A DNA stretch of 62,994 bases, filler included, from Globobulimina sp. (GCA_003354225.1; 43 parts of 43 records of this genome joined end to end with filler, not necessarily neighbours in it); one strand, 5' to 3'. Shown: positions 11,745 to 24,350, counted from the whole stretch's first letter. Translations and numbers: made by a program. The notes: generated by a model not told the origin, from the sequence alone.

Positions 11745-13112
11745 GTTTCTATTTTGTGAGGTACAGATACCGCATCCTTTGGAACATCCAAAGCAGCCTT
11801 TTCTCTCTTTTCTAGGTATTTTCTTGATTTGTAGTTGTTTTGGGCCGTTTTGTGCTGTACAGAATGATCTGATATCATTTTTTCTGATAATTAATGTAAA
11901 ATTGATGATTATATTTACGATTTGTATATTCATCAAAGATAACTCCGAGATTAATAAATTTCTGTTTAATATATTTAATTTGTACCAATGTAATGCAATC
12001 GTTCCATAACACCCTTTAAAATAATTCTCTTTTTTGATTTGTGATATTTGCAATGATAATTTGTCAATTTCAGCCAATTCCAAACTTTGATTATTAATAA
12101 TATTTTGATTTGAATTTGCTTGTTGTATTAAATTAATTGCTACTTTTCTTTGATTTTCGCTTAATTGTAACTCTGATTTCTTCGGTATATAGCCAATGGG
12201 TAGCAATTCTAATATGTTTTTATCTCTTTTGTAATGGATCTCGATGTCAGCTCTCGTTAAAAAGCCATATTTGCCACAAATCTCCGGGTCTAATTCCAAC
12301 ATTTTTATCATTTCATCAATTAATTTTTTAATGTCAGGGAGGTTTGGATGGTGTTTGAGGATAATTTGTATGTTCTTTGTATTGAAAAATTGTAGTCTTT
12401 GCTTTTTGTTTTGTTTTTTATTGTTTTCCTGCAAAGAATTGGCTATTTTTCTATTTATAGATTTTTGATGTTCGATATATGGATCGTGTTTAAACGCATA
12501 TTGTTGTCTCATCTTTTTCAGATTGTATTTGTCCTTTGATGGTAATAATAAATCTAATTTCGACATATTTGTGTATTTAAGCCATGTTTTAATGACTACA
12601 TTTTTGGGATATCCCGCTTGCAATAATTCCAATACAATCCTACTCATAGCGGTCTGTAAAAATTCATCGTCAGACACAATTCTTACTTCTTGCAACAATG
12701 TGATCGGCATCGCATAAAATATTCTTTTACTGTGATGGCTGTCCGGGTCGAGCGGATTAGTGCATTTCATCGGTTTTATATAATGTTTGCATCTCAATCC
12801 TTTCTCTGTCACTTTCACCGTACTGTTAAGATAATGTATTTCTTTGCCAATTGTTAATTCCTTCGGTTTTTCCATTTTAAACTGTATATTTTTATTTATT
12901 GAGTTCAATGTCTTCGTTATAAATAGAGCCGAATCCAATTTTCCTCTCCAAATCATAGTCAAGTCATCGCGATAAATTTTCATTCCGTTTCTAATCAAAA
13001 TATGTTCAATGCATTGCTTCGCTTTCCTGATAATAGGAATCATCGCAATATCGGCCCAAGGCGGCGTATGTGCGGGACCCATAGATCCCCCATTTGTTTG
13101 TTTATAGAACTT
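11745..13112 (-). mobile_element. Penelope-like element RT (YRDD) with linker and start of the Cys motif that precedes GIY-YIG
   Basis: FYKQTNGGSMGP, IYRDDL, NIQFKME, YLNS, YIKP, DSHH, AGYP, YKRDKNILELL, GCFGCSKGCGIC. Confidence 0.88.
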
Positions 13113-13212
13113 NNNNNNNNNNNNNNNNNNNNNNNNNNNNNNNNNNNNNNNNNNNNTTAATTAATTAANNNNNNNNNNNNNNNNNNNNNNNNNNNNNNNN
13201 NNNNNNNNNNNN

Positions 13213-14061
13213 GGTTTAAGTGTTGAATCTCCCGAAGAAGTTATGTTTTTGCTTTTATTTTATCTGCTAAATCTTGATATGCGTTATGCCCAGGCTCAAT
13301 TTGTAATTGGCGTGAAGGATAGTTTTGTAGTGGTTGCTCAAATTTTAAAATACTCCTATAACGAACAATCCCTCCGTAAATGGTTTTGCCCTTGCACCCT
13401 TTCTAACAATGTTCAAACAACGAAGACTACTTGCTTTCACTGCTATGCTTTCAAAGCAGCTCATCAACTATTTTCTACAACTGAACAGTGCGATTTCCCT
13501 TTACTTATCATAGCTGACAGTATGGGTAGTTGCTTGTCGAATCGGTTTTCCGTAGCAGTCTTAGGTGGTGCTCGACTTCGGACATTAGTACTTTCCATTA
13601 AATATTTAAAAATGTGTTTACCAAAAACCTGTTTTATACTCATTTCGTTTACTTGTGACATAGTGCCTTACCCCCACCTCTCTGACCTCCTCATCGATCC
13701 TTCATTAAAACATAAAGACATTTTCCTCCCCAACATCCGACTGATTTTAAAAGAATTAAAAGATTTAGTGGACACTCCTAATATTAAAGATTATCTATGT
13801 ATTGTATCCCCTTTCTTTCGGCCATCTTGGGATATGCCTCGATCAAAACAGAGTACACATTGTCGTGTCATGCCCCGAGAACTTTCAACAGCCGTCGAAA
13901 CTTTATATAAACAATTTATGATTTTCTGTGAAGAACATAATCTGTATTATTTCGACGTTTTTCAACAACTTCAAACAAAACACTTTATCAAAGGCGACAT
14001 TCATTTAAATGATAGTGGGAAAGACGTGTTTCAACAATTATTAATTAAAAATTTTTTGTAA
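13213..14061 (+). CDS. SGNH/GDSL hydrolase-like protein, possibly encoded by a retroelement
   Basis: LIIADSMG (block I), GGAR (block II), DIHLNDSGK (block V DxxH-like); intronless. Confidence 0.7.
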   Translation, partial: GLSVESPEEVMFLLLFYLLNLDMRYAQAQFVIGVKDSFVVVAQILKYSYNEQSLRKWFCPCTLSNNVQTTKTTCFHCYAFKAAHQLFSTTEQCDFPLLIIADSMGSCLSNRFSVAVLGGARLRTLVLSIKYLKMCLPKTCFILISFTCDIVPYPHLSDLLIDPSLKHKDIFLPNIRLILKELKDLVDTPNIKDYLCIVSPFFRPSWDMPRSKQSTHCRVMPRELSTAVETLYKQFMIFCEEHNLYYFDVFQQLQTKHFIKGDIHLNDSGKDVFQQLLIKNFL

Positions 14062-14794
14062 CTGATCCATTCTATCATCATTTAAACATCCTACTGGTGC
14101 CCTGTAATTACGCCTATATAACCAATATTTTCCACTATTACTGTATATGCATACCACTCTATTTAACATAGTATGCTATTTTTACGCTATGTATAGTTCT
14201 GAATTAATATTTATTCATATAATATGCATGTTTTAGAATATAAATAACATTTTACCCAGCCTCGGTCAGTCATCTAACCAGTGCTTTTTAACTTCCGACC
14301 ATGGAATTTATTTTTGGCAAACCTTTTCAGTCAGACTTCTGTTTAACGCATGACTATTCGGTAGCCTGTTTTGCTTCTATCTCACAGGCTAGATAACTTG
14401 ATTAAAAATATGGTTATTTAACCACGATCGAGGGGTACGTACCGATTGGGCCCCCGCTATATCTTATAGTGGAGGAGTTGCCGTCAAATATGGGTTGACG
14501 CGCTATATTTTTTTTGGACCTTGTTGAGAGAAGAAGTTAGGCCTGAGTATTATGTGAAATATTTTATGATCTTTTGCCGCNNNNNNNNNNNNNNNNNNNN
14601 NNNNNNNNNNNNNNNNNNNNNNNNTTAATTAATTAANNNNNNNNNNNNNNNNNNNNNNNNNNNNNNNNNNNNNNNNNNNNTTTTCATGTACCTGTGGCTC
14701 CTTTTGATAGTCTGCGACTTTTCGAACTGCATGTACTGATTAGGGTGGTGTTCAAAAAGTTTTTGACATTTGCAGTACATATCGGAAAGCCCTA

Positions 14795-15765
14795 ATGCAC
14801 TTATTTGAAATGACAAATAACAAAATGATACAGATAACATTAGTATTGTTCTATTCATTATTATCCCATACTGTAAACTCATCAAATTCCAATGCGTCAT
14901 CATGTGCTTTTCGCTTTGGTTCAATGGCGTTATTAACGGGCTCTCGTCCTCGACTACAAGTAGCTGCAGGTTTTAATATGGCTTTAGAAGATTATAAGAA
15001 TGGTTATTTATACAACAATACCTATCTGAATCTAAGTCATTTGGCAGCCAACAATTGTACAATAAACACAAATATGCGCGACATGGAAAGTGATATTCGT
15101 GTTGGTATCGTCGCCGCCTTTGAATTTGGCCAATCCTTTGTAAGCAAAAACGAATCAGATATTAACATACCAATAGTAATAGGCCCACCAACCTCCGGCT
15201 ACTCACTCACATTAAATCCCTTATTTTCCGCTTTCAACTTATTACAATTTTCCTCCACTGCAACCTCAACTTTTTTAAGTGAGTACGACAGTTTTTTTCG
15301 AAGTATCCCTTCTGACGACTTGCAAGCAAATGCCTTGATACAGTTATGCACATATTTTGGCTGGAAAGTCATTGGCATAATGTATATGAATACAAATTAC
15401 GGCTCCTCTCTACAAAAAGCATTAACTTCTTACGCCAAAACAAACGGCATCGAATCTACGACATTTAGCTACATTGACGGTGACAGCATAACCATTACCA
15501 ACGCAGTGGAATCGATGAAGAACTCCAAGATTTATATCAATATCTTAATCGCATACGGCTCGGATTTGCAATTTATAACTTCGCAATTGACGGAACAACG
15601 TATGACTGGATATCCATATTACTTTTTAGCCACTGATTCATGGCTGGCGTCCATCGGCGGCGATGCTGAAAATAGCCAACAAAATATAAAAACCTATGGC
15701 GGCATTATTGGAACCTGTCCCTGGTCGCCATCCATAAACGACCCATTCGAAGGAAAATACCCATA
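14795..15765 (+). CDS. Periplasmic-binding (ANF receptor / class C GPCR) ligand-binding domain protein, truncated by a junction
   Basis: Signal peptide, IVIGPPTSG, SSTATSTFLS, FFRSIPSDDLQA, FGWKVIGIMY, YG. Confidence 0.85.
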
Positions 15766-16048
15766 TCCAATCAACCAATCCATCCCAGTAGTCGCGGCTT
15801 ATTAACACTATCGGGAAGTCAACCAGTTTATCAGTTTGTATAAGGGTAATGGCTTCGAATAGTTCATCCAGCGTTCCAAAACCACCAGGCAAAACAATGT
15901 AACCCTGCGAATAGCGCATAAACATGAGTTTACGGGTAAAGAAGTAATCGAAGTTGATCAGCTTGTCTGAATCGATATATTCGTTTGCCGATTGTTCGTG
16001 AGGCAGACTGATGTTTAGACCCACCGATTTGCCGCCGGCAAAATGGGT
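15764..16048 (-). CDS. Bacterial LOG-family (TIGR00730-like Rossmann fold) protein fragment
   Basis: GGKSVGLNISLPHEQ, FDYFFTRKLMF, PGGFGTLDELFEAITLIQT, YWDGLVDWI. Confidence 0.93.
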
Positions 16049-16148
16049 NNNNNNNNNNNNNNNNNNNNNNNNNNNNNNNNNNNNNNNNNNNNTTAATTAA
16101 TTAANNNNNNNNNNNNNNNNNNNNNNNNNNNNNNNNNNNNNNNNNNNN

Positions 16149-17034
16149 AAACCACGCATCATCGGGTGGATAAGTTGGCGCCGCAGATGGTGGATAAGTG
16201 CCACCCGCAGATGGTCTCGGTGTTGGTGCACTTGTTGGAGTTGGTATTGGCGTGGTTGCATTCTTCCGTTCATTACACGATATAAATTTTGCCATCAAAC
16301 CATCATGATTCATCACACATGTATTGGTATTATCATTGCCTGATGGAAATATAATTGTTGTTCCCATAATATTGTCATCAGCACAACTTTCACCTGAATA
16401 AGTGTTACGTATTACACCTGCTGTCTTATCACATTCTAATTTTAAGGAACCAATATTATCGGACGCATTTGTAGATAATTCACATATATTTACCATATTT
16501 GCTCTATCAGACCATTTGTCATAATCGTCACAATCAGCCCATTTATTGTATGCATAGACTCGTATAATTGCATATGGGCAATTTGCTAAACCTTTGACAT
16601 GATATTTTGACGTATTTTGCAGTTGTTTTTACGGATACATACCTTCACATACTGCCCCCTCAGTGTCCACTCGTGCTTCTGATTCTGGATTACCAGAACA
16701 TCCATCTCCGTACCAATAGTGATTGTATACCTCATCGTTTTCACAGACGTATCTTGAACTGATAGGGAATTCAGCTCCCCACACTGTATTCGATACTGCA
16801 CACACATCACTTTGCATTGTGCATTAAATTAAATTAATTAGTTTAATATATCAAATTAATTAGTTGATGTTGTTTGCTTATCAAACTAATTAATATATAT
16901 TTGAATGTGTAACTAAACAGTGCAGAAATGTCGAGAGGTTCTTCGTGGTATATACCTCTGCATTGTGTGTCATTTTGAGATTTAATAGTGATTGATAATA
17001 ATGTAAACATTGTGAACATTAGTAAGAGATTCAT
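16149..17034 (-). CDS. Secreted Cys-rich protein with a Pro/Thr-rich linker, multi-exon
   Basis: Signal peptide MNLLLMFTMF; Cys-rich ORFs 16629-16817 and 16149-16496 joinable by short introns. Confidence 0.6.
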
Positions 17035-17295
17035 GTTGTTTCAGAAAGTCTGTACTCGTATGAACAATTATGTTTTGTCGGCGATGCGAGTGAAAAAAAC
17101 GTTTTTCCAAAAACCCAATATAAAACCATTCAGAATCATGGGCAATACAGTCAACACAGATGCAATTCAATCAAATTATTCAACACACTCATCCTTGGAT
17201 AACACAAAAGGTACTGCCCACCACTAACTACATCATTTTCTAGAAATAAATTAAAAAAAGGAAGCAAATTAGATGATTGTCCTGAAATATTAAAA

Positions 17296-17516
17296 ATGTT
17301 TCAATCATTAATGGGAATGGGATTTAACGAAAATTTCGCGTTGGACGCAGCGAAAAAATTCCCAGATAATATCGAAGAAGCAATGGATTGGGTTACAAAT
17401 CAAGAAGCAATTGCTACGATCATCAAACAGGACAAGAATAACGCTCAAAATGACCCAAAAAACGAACCAGAAACCGATCACAAACAACCGCCACAAAATA
17501 ATAATGATTTAAATAT
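17296..17516 (+). CDS. UBA-domain protein fragment
   Basis: LMGMGF...A...NIEEAMDWV. Confidence 0.65.
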
Positions 17517-17618
17517 NNNNNNNNNNNNNNNNNNNNNNNNNNNNNNNNNNNNNNNNNNNNTTAATTAATTAANNNNNNNNNNNNNNNNNNNNNNNNNNNN
17601 NNNNNNNNNNNNNNNNAT

Positions 17619-18880
17619 ATTGTCATTGGTCATAAATTAAAGGTTTGCATGGCGAGAAGAGAGGGCACAAATTGTGAGGCATTGGAGACTAAGGCGGTGG
17701 CGGTCAGTTTGCAAATTGCTCGCAATTGTATCCGCAAAGCAGAGTGGTATAAGAAATTAGGTTTGTTTTGCACTTTTATAGTGTCAGATGATTTATTTCT
17801 TGCTTTTTCATAGGATATCAAGCGATCCTTCCAAATGTGTTTCGTGTCTCGCTACGATCCATTCGTTGCAATGGAGGCAATGTGCCATATATTTATGGCT
17901 GTGTTGCTAAGCGATATCGCAGTCAATATTCTATCAGAAATGGCGAGAATACGAAAGGGAAAATATATAATTTGAAAGCGAAAGACTGTGCGAATAATTT
18001 GTTGGAGAAAAAAAGACATTCTGCGATGATTGAAATGCGTTTGCGAATCGCAAAAAAAATGGGTTTGAATAAATTTATGACTGAGGATCACTATGATGGC
18101 GGCGATGGAGGTTACGACCATAAGGAGATCAGTAAGAAAATGGATAAATTAAAAGAAAGGGTACAATGTGAAATGATGAACGAATCGTGTTTGAACCGGC
18201 AAATAAGCGAATTTTTTTCCTGTGTTATCCACGAAGTTGGTGCGGATGGGGTATTAAATGCGGATTGTACTGAATTGACAGTCTGGAATCCGTCGCACGA
18301 TATATCTCAATGTATGTTGGAAGGGAATTATGTGAAAATATATAATTTAAACGCACAGAATCGGACTCATTTAACTTCAAAGATTGCGCAATTATCGGCA
18401 TCCTCGAGAACGAAATTTAAAAAAATTGATTATTTTAATAAGGAAAATTACGAGAAATATGTATTGAGAAAATATTATGATTTTGGTCAGAATGTAGGTG
18501 TCGGATTTGAGTTTGATATGATTGGCTGTGTGGTGAAAATAGTAAATAAGCAAGAAATATTTGTCATGGATTTAATTGGTGATCGACATGAATTGGTTTC
18601 CATTAAAATCCACGAAAGTGAGTATGTCGTACACTTTAATGATATCAATAGCATTAAAAGTTGTGCAGTGTATATTATTGAAAATCTTAAGTACAATGGG
18701 TATGACAATAATTTATCATTACATTCAACTCATTCATATCAAAGGACACAATTTCTATCAAATGCATCGCGCAGTAATACGCAATTTAAAAATGCAAAGG
18801 AATTTGTTCAAAGTAATGAGGGACAGACACAAATTCACATAATGACAAATAAGATTGATACAAATATATTCAACTTATAA
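17619..18880 (+). CDS. BRCA2: BRCA2 homologue, C-terminal OB folds; intron 17761-17813
   Basis: IGHKL...CEALE...IARNCIRKAEWYKKLG|Y...SLRSIRCNGGNV; LTVWNPS...LEGNYVKIYNL; EFDMIGCVV. Confidence 0.85.
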
Positions 18881-19120
18881 ATGTGTTTCTTCTTGTTTTA
18901 ATTTGTTTTTTTTTCATTGTTAGCAATTGTTGTTATATTTTTCAGATTGCACAGAAACACGATTAGCACGCAATTTTATGAAAGNNNNNNNNNNNNNNNN
19001 NNNNNNNNNNNNNNNNNNNNNNNNNNNNTTAATTAATTAANNNNNNNNNNNNNNNNNNNNNNNNNNNNNNNNNNNNNNNNNNNNTAATAATGTAACTATA
19101 TAAAGTCTGAAGCTCTGAAT

Positions 19121-19378
19121 CAGAGTTGGAAACGGGCCAGGATTTTCCACCCAAAACCTGACCCGATCATTGATTTGTTGACCTGAACCCGACCCAAAAT
19201 TATTTGGTACTGACCCGAACCGATTATTAAAAATGTGACCCGACTCGAAAATTAGAGGGAAAACTGAATTTTTAAATAACATTTTTATGGTCAACCCGAC
19301 CCGACACCTTTATCAACCCGACCCAACCATTTAAAAACGTGACCCGAAACCCGACTCAGGTCAGGATTTTCAACTCTG
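19121..19378. mobile_element. Non-autonomous hAT-type DNA transposon (258 bp)
   Basis: TIR CAGAGTTG(G/A)AAA; 8-bp TSD CTCTGAAT at 19113-19120 and 19379-19386; many subterminal ACCCGA motifs. Confidence 0.9.
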
Positions 19379-20756
19379 CTCTGAATGACCACCAGACATT
19401 TCATGTAAAGGACTTAGTTCGCTATCAAGGTTTTAGATTGTTTTAGAGCAACTAATAATCAAAATCGTGGGCATCAAAATGTAACTGACCCGTTTTTCGC
19501 GTGCTTGTTCACCCAAATGGGCAGAGCAGGACAAAAATATACTAGTACCTGATTGTAGGATTGATTCTCCTTCAGCAGATTCTGTTTGCATATCATTGAC
19601 ATCATTCTCCACTGTCTCATTCTGTTGCAGATGAAAATTTCTAATAAAGGTTCTGTCGCCACAACTAGCCATCACTGTGGGTTGGTTGGCCAGTTCAAAG
19701 TCACTAAAATTAACAATGAATTCATATCTAGTACAAATAATAGTTTAACAAACTGCACTTAAGCAGACTAGAGTCAAATAACTGGAAATGACTGTATGAT
19801 GAATATTGAATATACTGTACTTCAGTCAATCTGAATCAACAAACAACCTCCATTTTTGGGTCATGTTCCCCACCAGGCACTAAATCATGTGCATCACATG
19901 ACTCTACACAATCAAACTTTGTTGCCATACAAGCAAGATATCGTAAAGAATCGACTTTTCATTAAACAATTAAGCAAATAAAGAACAAACATTTTTATTG
20001 GAAAAATATTTGGCTACACTACAAACCACATAACCCGACAAAAAAATCTGCTTTCACGAGGATCGCGTTGACGCAACTTCATATATTGCTTCTCAAACTG
20101 TGAAGCAACATTGCTTAAGCATGTTGCGTCTACACAAGTTGCTTCAAGCAGAATGATTCCAAAGTGGGCTGATTTTTTTAATTGACAACAAACGAGAATG
20201 AATCATACATAAAAAAAATGAATCAAAAAGGAATCAAAGTGAAAGAAAAATACTAATGTAGTGGAGATTGAAAGTGGAGTGTGGGTGCAAGTAACATAAA
20301 AATGCATAAGAATAAATGCACACATAACAAAAGAGCTAATCATCATCATCACTACTGAGGTAGGTTTGCTCTTCATTGTCTTGAGTCCAATCCGCTGATT
20401 CCGAATCATCATCACTTTCGACAACCTGTAAGAGTCATCACTGTAACATGTCNNNNNNNNNNNNNNNNNNNNNNNNNNNNNNNNNNNNNNNNNNNNTTAA
20501 TTAATTAANNNNNNNNNNNNNNNNNNNNNNNNNNNNNNNNNNNNNNNNNNNNCATTTCATTTGCATAGCCATGCAGTAACAAAGTTTGTCGGGAGAACAG
20601 CGCTTCCATATTGAAAATAATGAACAGCGAAAAAGTGGTCTAAACATCAAAAAGTCACCAAAAACTAATATTAATATATCTTCTAAACTTAAGAATCAAA
20701 CATATGCGCACACACACCACAAACTACATAGCCATAGCCATGAAGCAACAAAACTA

Positions 20757-21221
20757 AGTCAGTGGTTCACAACTCACATTGAAAATAGTGAATGCTTCTC
20801 GCCTGCAATAGTTGTGACGGTTTTAGTGGCGGGAACATCTGTACTTGTTCCCAACGAATTATTTCTGTTTTTCTCATTTGCATCGTGTTGCAATATTTTA
20901 TCTGCCTTCACAGCAAAACTCGATGAAACATTATCATTGGCTTTTGTTGCTGTTTTGTTTGTTCCTTATCGATATCATCCTCATTTTTCATTTCATTTAT
21001 GCTGCCCTACATCGAGTGGCTGATGAGGTGATCGATGTAGTTGAGCCTGATATACTTTTGTAGGCATCACCCATAACAACATTTGATGTTATTATTTGTC
21101 TGTCGACACATTCATATGCTAAACCGCAATAGTCACATTCATATAAGACACCACAATTGGCCAAATTCGGTTGCCCATTAACGAGTGATATAGCAATTAG
21201 ACACAAACCGCATAATAGCAT
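20757..21221 (-). CDS. Small secreted Cys-rich protein, probably spliced
   Basis: Signal peptide MLLCGLCLIAISLVNG; Cys-rich; a further exon-like segment lies downstream. Confidence 0.45.
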
Positions 21222-21500
21222 CTTTTTATTCGCGAGAGCAGTACGTAATGCAAAGTTGATGTAAATTAATGTTTTTGTGGTTTAAATAGGGATGGTCTGA
21301 TATTTAAATCGTTTCTCATGCAACAAAAGACCGTAAATATTCAATGCAATGTTTGCGAAATAATACGAAATTAAAATATCAAATAATACAATATATAAAT
21401 TAATCGTAAATAATATAAAGAATAACAACTCAAACAAAAATAAAGGTATATACGTACAGAACACAAAATGTTACACAATATTATGCTTAATAATCAATGG

Positions 21501-21919
21501 CTATATAAATACAGATGGTACATTTGTTGATATTGTTTTATTATCTAACACTTTAACCATAATTTGTTTTTTTTTCTTACTGATAGCCAACACTTTAAAT
21601 GCAGTATACGATGGTAATAATATTTCTTTTTCATATGGAAAATGCGAATATTTGCTGATATCCGCAGCATTCCAACAATTGTTTGGTATTATAAACTTTA
21701 TCATATACTTTAATTTAAACTTGTTTGCTTTGCTTTTGCTCGTTGAGGTTGCCCCAATGGCTGGGCACCGAAATATAAATCCAATCTTATATCGCCCGAA
21801 TTGCTTATCCGTCATTTTAGATCCACGATAGGTTATCATCTCGGTATTTGTTGGCGACACTAATATTAAATTAATACCTCGGATTATGGGTAAATATAAT
21901 ATTAATTTCTCCCTCTTAT
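21501..21919 (-). CDS. R-S-E type ADP-ribosyltransferase domain, 5' partial
   Basis: TYRG, ATSTS, DISKYSHFPYEKEILLP..FKV. Confidence 0.85.
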
Positions 21920-22097
21920 NNNNNNNNNNNNNNNNNNNNNNNNNNNNNNNNNNNNNNNNNNNNTTAATTAATTAANNNNNNNNNNNNNNNNNNNNNNNNN
22001 NNNNNNNNNNNNNNNNNNNTACCAGTTATACTATACGAACACGAATACGAACACAAATGGTAAATCCATTCGACGATGTGGCAAAAAACGGAAATCA

Positions 22098-22751
22098 ATG
22101 CAGATAATGCATGGTATTCAAGAAGCAAACAAAGAGAATGTGTCAATAAGTCCACCATTAAAGAAAATAAAATTAGGTTCAAATACAAAGAAAAAGCGGA
22201 AAATAATACTCACAAAAGACGATACGGGCAAAGCTGTGCTTTATCTTCAAAATCGATATGGAGAGCTACGACGGGCCAAAAACAAAATGGATGCGAATAA
22301 ATTATGGAATAATAACAGAGAAAGCGTAAAATATGGTAAATTAGTGAATGATTTTGTGGTTCGATGCGAATTGACATTGGATAAATGCACAAAGTACAGC
22401 AACAATAATAAGAATACACAATTTAACAAAGATATTGCTGTGATGCATTTTTTACGGAGCAATGTTGAATGTAATTTTGAAAAAAATAGATTGAAAGCGG
22501 AAAGTAATAAAATTATTGAAAAACATGCACTGAAAGGAATTGCGTTTGATGCGCAAAGCTATAAAGGATATGCGATTTTGGCCTTTTTATATGAACGGAA
22601 GAAGCAATATTTTGATGCTATTGCTGCATATCAACAATGTATACAATTTACAAATGATGTAAAAAAGAGATCATTTTTCCAAAAACGCATTAAACGTCTT
22701 CAAGATATGGAGGCATTGATATCCGGTAAAAGACACTCACAAACACACTAA
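22098..22751 (+). CDS. TPR-containing hypothetical protein
   Basis: YKGYAILAFLYERKKQYFDAIAAYQQCIQ. Confidence 0.6.
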   Translation: MQIMHGIQEANKENVSISPPLKKIKLGSNTKKKRKIILTKDDTGKAVLYLQNRYGELRRAKNKMDANKLWNNNRESVKYGKLVNDFVVRCELTLDKCTKYSNNNKNTQFNKDIAVMHFLRSNVECNFEKNRLKAESNKIIEKHALKGIAFDAQSYKGYAILAFLYERKKQYFDAIAAYQQCIQFTNDVKKRSFFQKRIKRLQDMEALISGKRHSQTH

Positions 22752-22895
22752 TGGCTTGACAAACACTTAAATATATCCTCAATTGTCATTGATTACTTTT
22801 AATAGAAAGGAAACTTTTGAATTATCCATCCTATCCTCTCACAAAATTTTGTTAACAAACAAACAAAAATCAAACTTTACAAATACATTTTAAAC

Positions 22896-23386
22896 ATGGA
22901 ACTTGTTTCTACTTTGAAAAACCCATTATTGAGTTGTAATGACGATGCATCAGATTTTGACAATATCAATAATTTAAGACATATTCATGAACAAATGCTG
23001 AATGATGGTCATAATAATAACCACAAAAAAGAAGAACTATTGGCAATTTTAGGAGGAATTGATGAAATATTACAATTTTATACATCACAATCAAATCTGA
23101 AGGATGAACAAATAGACCAAATTACACAAATAATATCCAATACAAAGCAACAAAACAACCGCAGTCAATGCCTAACTCTGTATTTTGCCACAAATAATAC
23201 ATTTATTCATCATATGTTCGGTTTAGATTTTGGTGATAAATTAATGAACATTGTTTATCACAAAATAATGATTGCTTTATTTGGACTCATTTTATTATCA
23301 GGAATCATTACAATGCTTTACCGGGATAAATATGGCATTGCAACGGCAATAAACTGGATTGCTCTCAGTACAGTACCCATTTATAT
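22896..23386 (+). CDS. Hypothetical membrane protein, 3' partial
   Basis: ORF with C-terminal hydrophobic helices. Confidence 0.55.
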
Positions 23387-23537
23387 NNNNNNNNNNNNNN
23401 NNNNNNNNNNNNNNNNNNNNNNNNNNNNNNTTAATTAATTAANNNNNNNNNNNNNNNNNNNNNNNNNNNNNNNNNNNNNNNNNNNNATTTATTTTTGAAC
23501 TTAAAAAAAAAACCGCTCACAAAGTTTTCTATCACAT

Positions 23538-24350
23538 TCATAATTCATCTTTTTGTTCCTCATTTTTTTCCTTGTCATTTTTATCAGAGATAGTTAATTT
23601 TTCTAGATCTGGTAATTCGAAGCCACTGCCTCTTAAACCACAATAACCATTTGGATTTTTATCAAGATATTGCTGATGATAATCTTCAGCGTAATAAAAT
23701 ATTTGCAACGGTGCTAACTCAGTTGTGACCTGCATATTTTTAGGTAACTGTTTGGCAAAAGCTTCAGCAGCTATTTTTACCATTTTTTCCTGTTCATTTG
23801 TTGTCCAATATATCGCCGAACGATATTGCGTTCCAACATCGTTTCCCTGTCGATATCCTTCCGTTGGATCGTGTTCATTGAAGAATGCACTTAATAATGA
23901 TGCAAATGACACCTTTTCGGGGTCATAGACAACTCGCACCACTTCAGTATGACCAGTCTGTCCGGAACACACTTCCTTATATGTTGGGTTTTGAGTGTAG
24001 CCGCCAGCATAACCAACCTGTGTTGAATATACATTTGCTTGTTTCCAAAGCATTCTTTCTGAGCCCCAGAAACAACCCATTCCAAAAACAATTGATTCTG
24101 TATTGGCGGGGAATGGTGGCTTGGTTGCTGTTTTTAAAAATGTATGTTTGTCGTTGCAACTATCCATTAACGATGGTTTAGCTCTGCCTTTCAACGCGTG
24201 CTCTTTGGAGATCATTTTTGGTCCTGCTCTGTTTTTAAGGATTGATGGATAGTGGTTCGATTTTGAAATATAATGCAATAATTTTAGTGAGGTGTTATTC
24301 ATTCGGATAGTGAATCGTCGTAACTTTGCAGCATTGAGTAGAAATGCCAT
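23538..24350 (-). CDS. msrA: Peptide methionine sulfoxide reductase A with a probable mitochondrial presequence
   Basis: GCFWG, GYAGG, NPTYKEVCSG.TGH.E, QGNDVGTQYRS, AEDYHQQY; first plausible ATG at 24350. Confidence 0.97.
   Translation of the reverse strand: MAFLLNAAKLRRFTIRMNNTSLKLLHYISKSNHYPSILKNRAGPKMISKEHALKGRAKPSLMDSCNDKHTFLKTATKPPFPANTESIVFGMGCFWGSERMLWKQANVYSTQVGYAGGYTQNPTYKEVCSGQTGHTEVVRVVYDPEKVSFASLLSAFFNEHDPTEGYRQGNDVGTQYRSAIYWTTNEQEKMVKIAAEAFAKQLPKNMQVTTELAPLQIFYYAEDYHQQYLDKNPNGYCGLRGSGFELPDLEKLTISDKNDKEKNEEQKDEL

Noticed and set aside
14305-14318. Sm-site-like ATTTTTGG suggesting an snRNA
   Set aside because: No U1, U2, U4 or U5 signature nearby, and the motif is common in AT-rich DNA
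10277-14580. LINE + Penelope RT + SGNH ORF as one composite element
   Set aside because: Three separate contigs that are adjacent only because of concatenation
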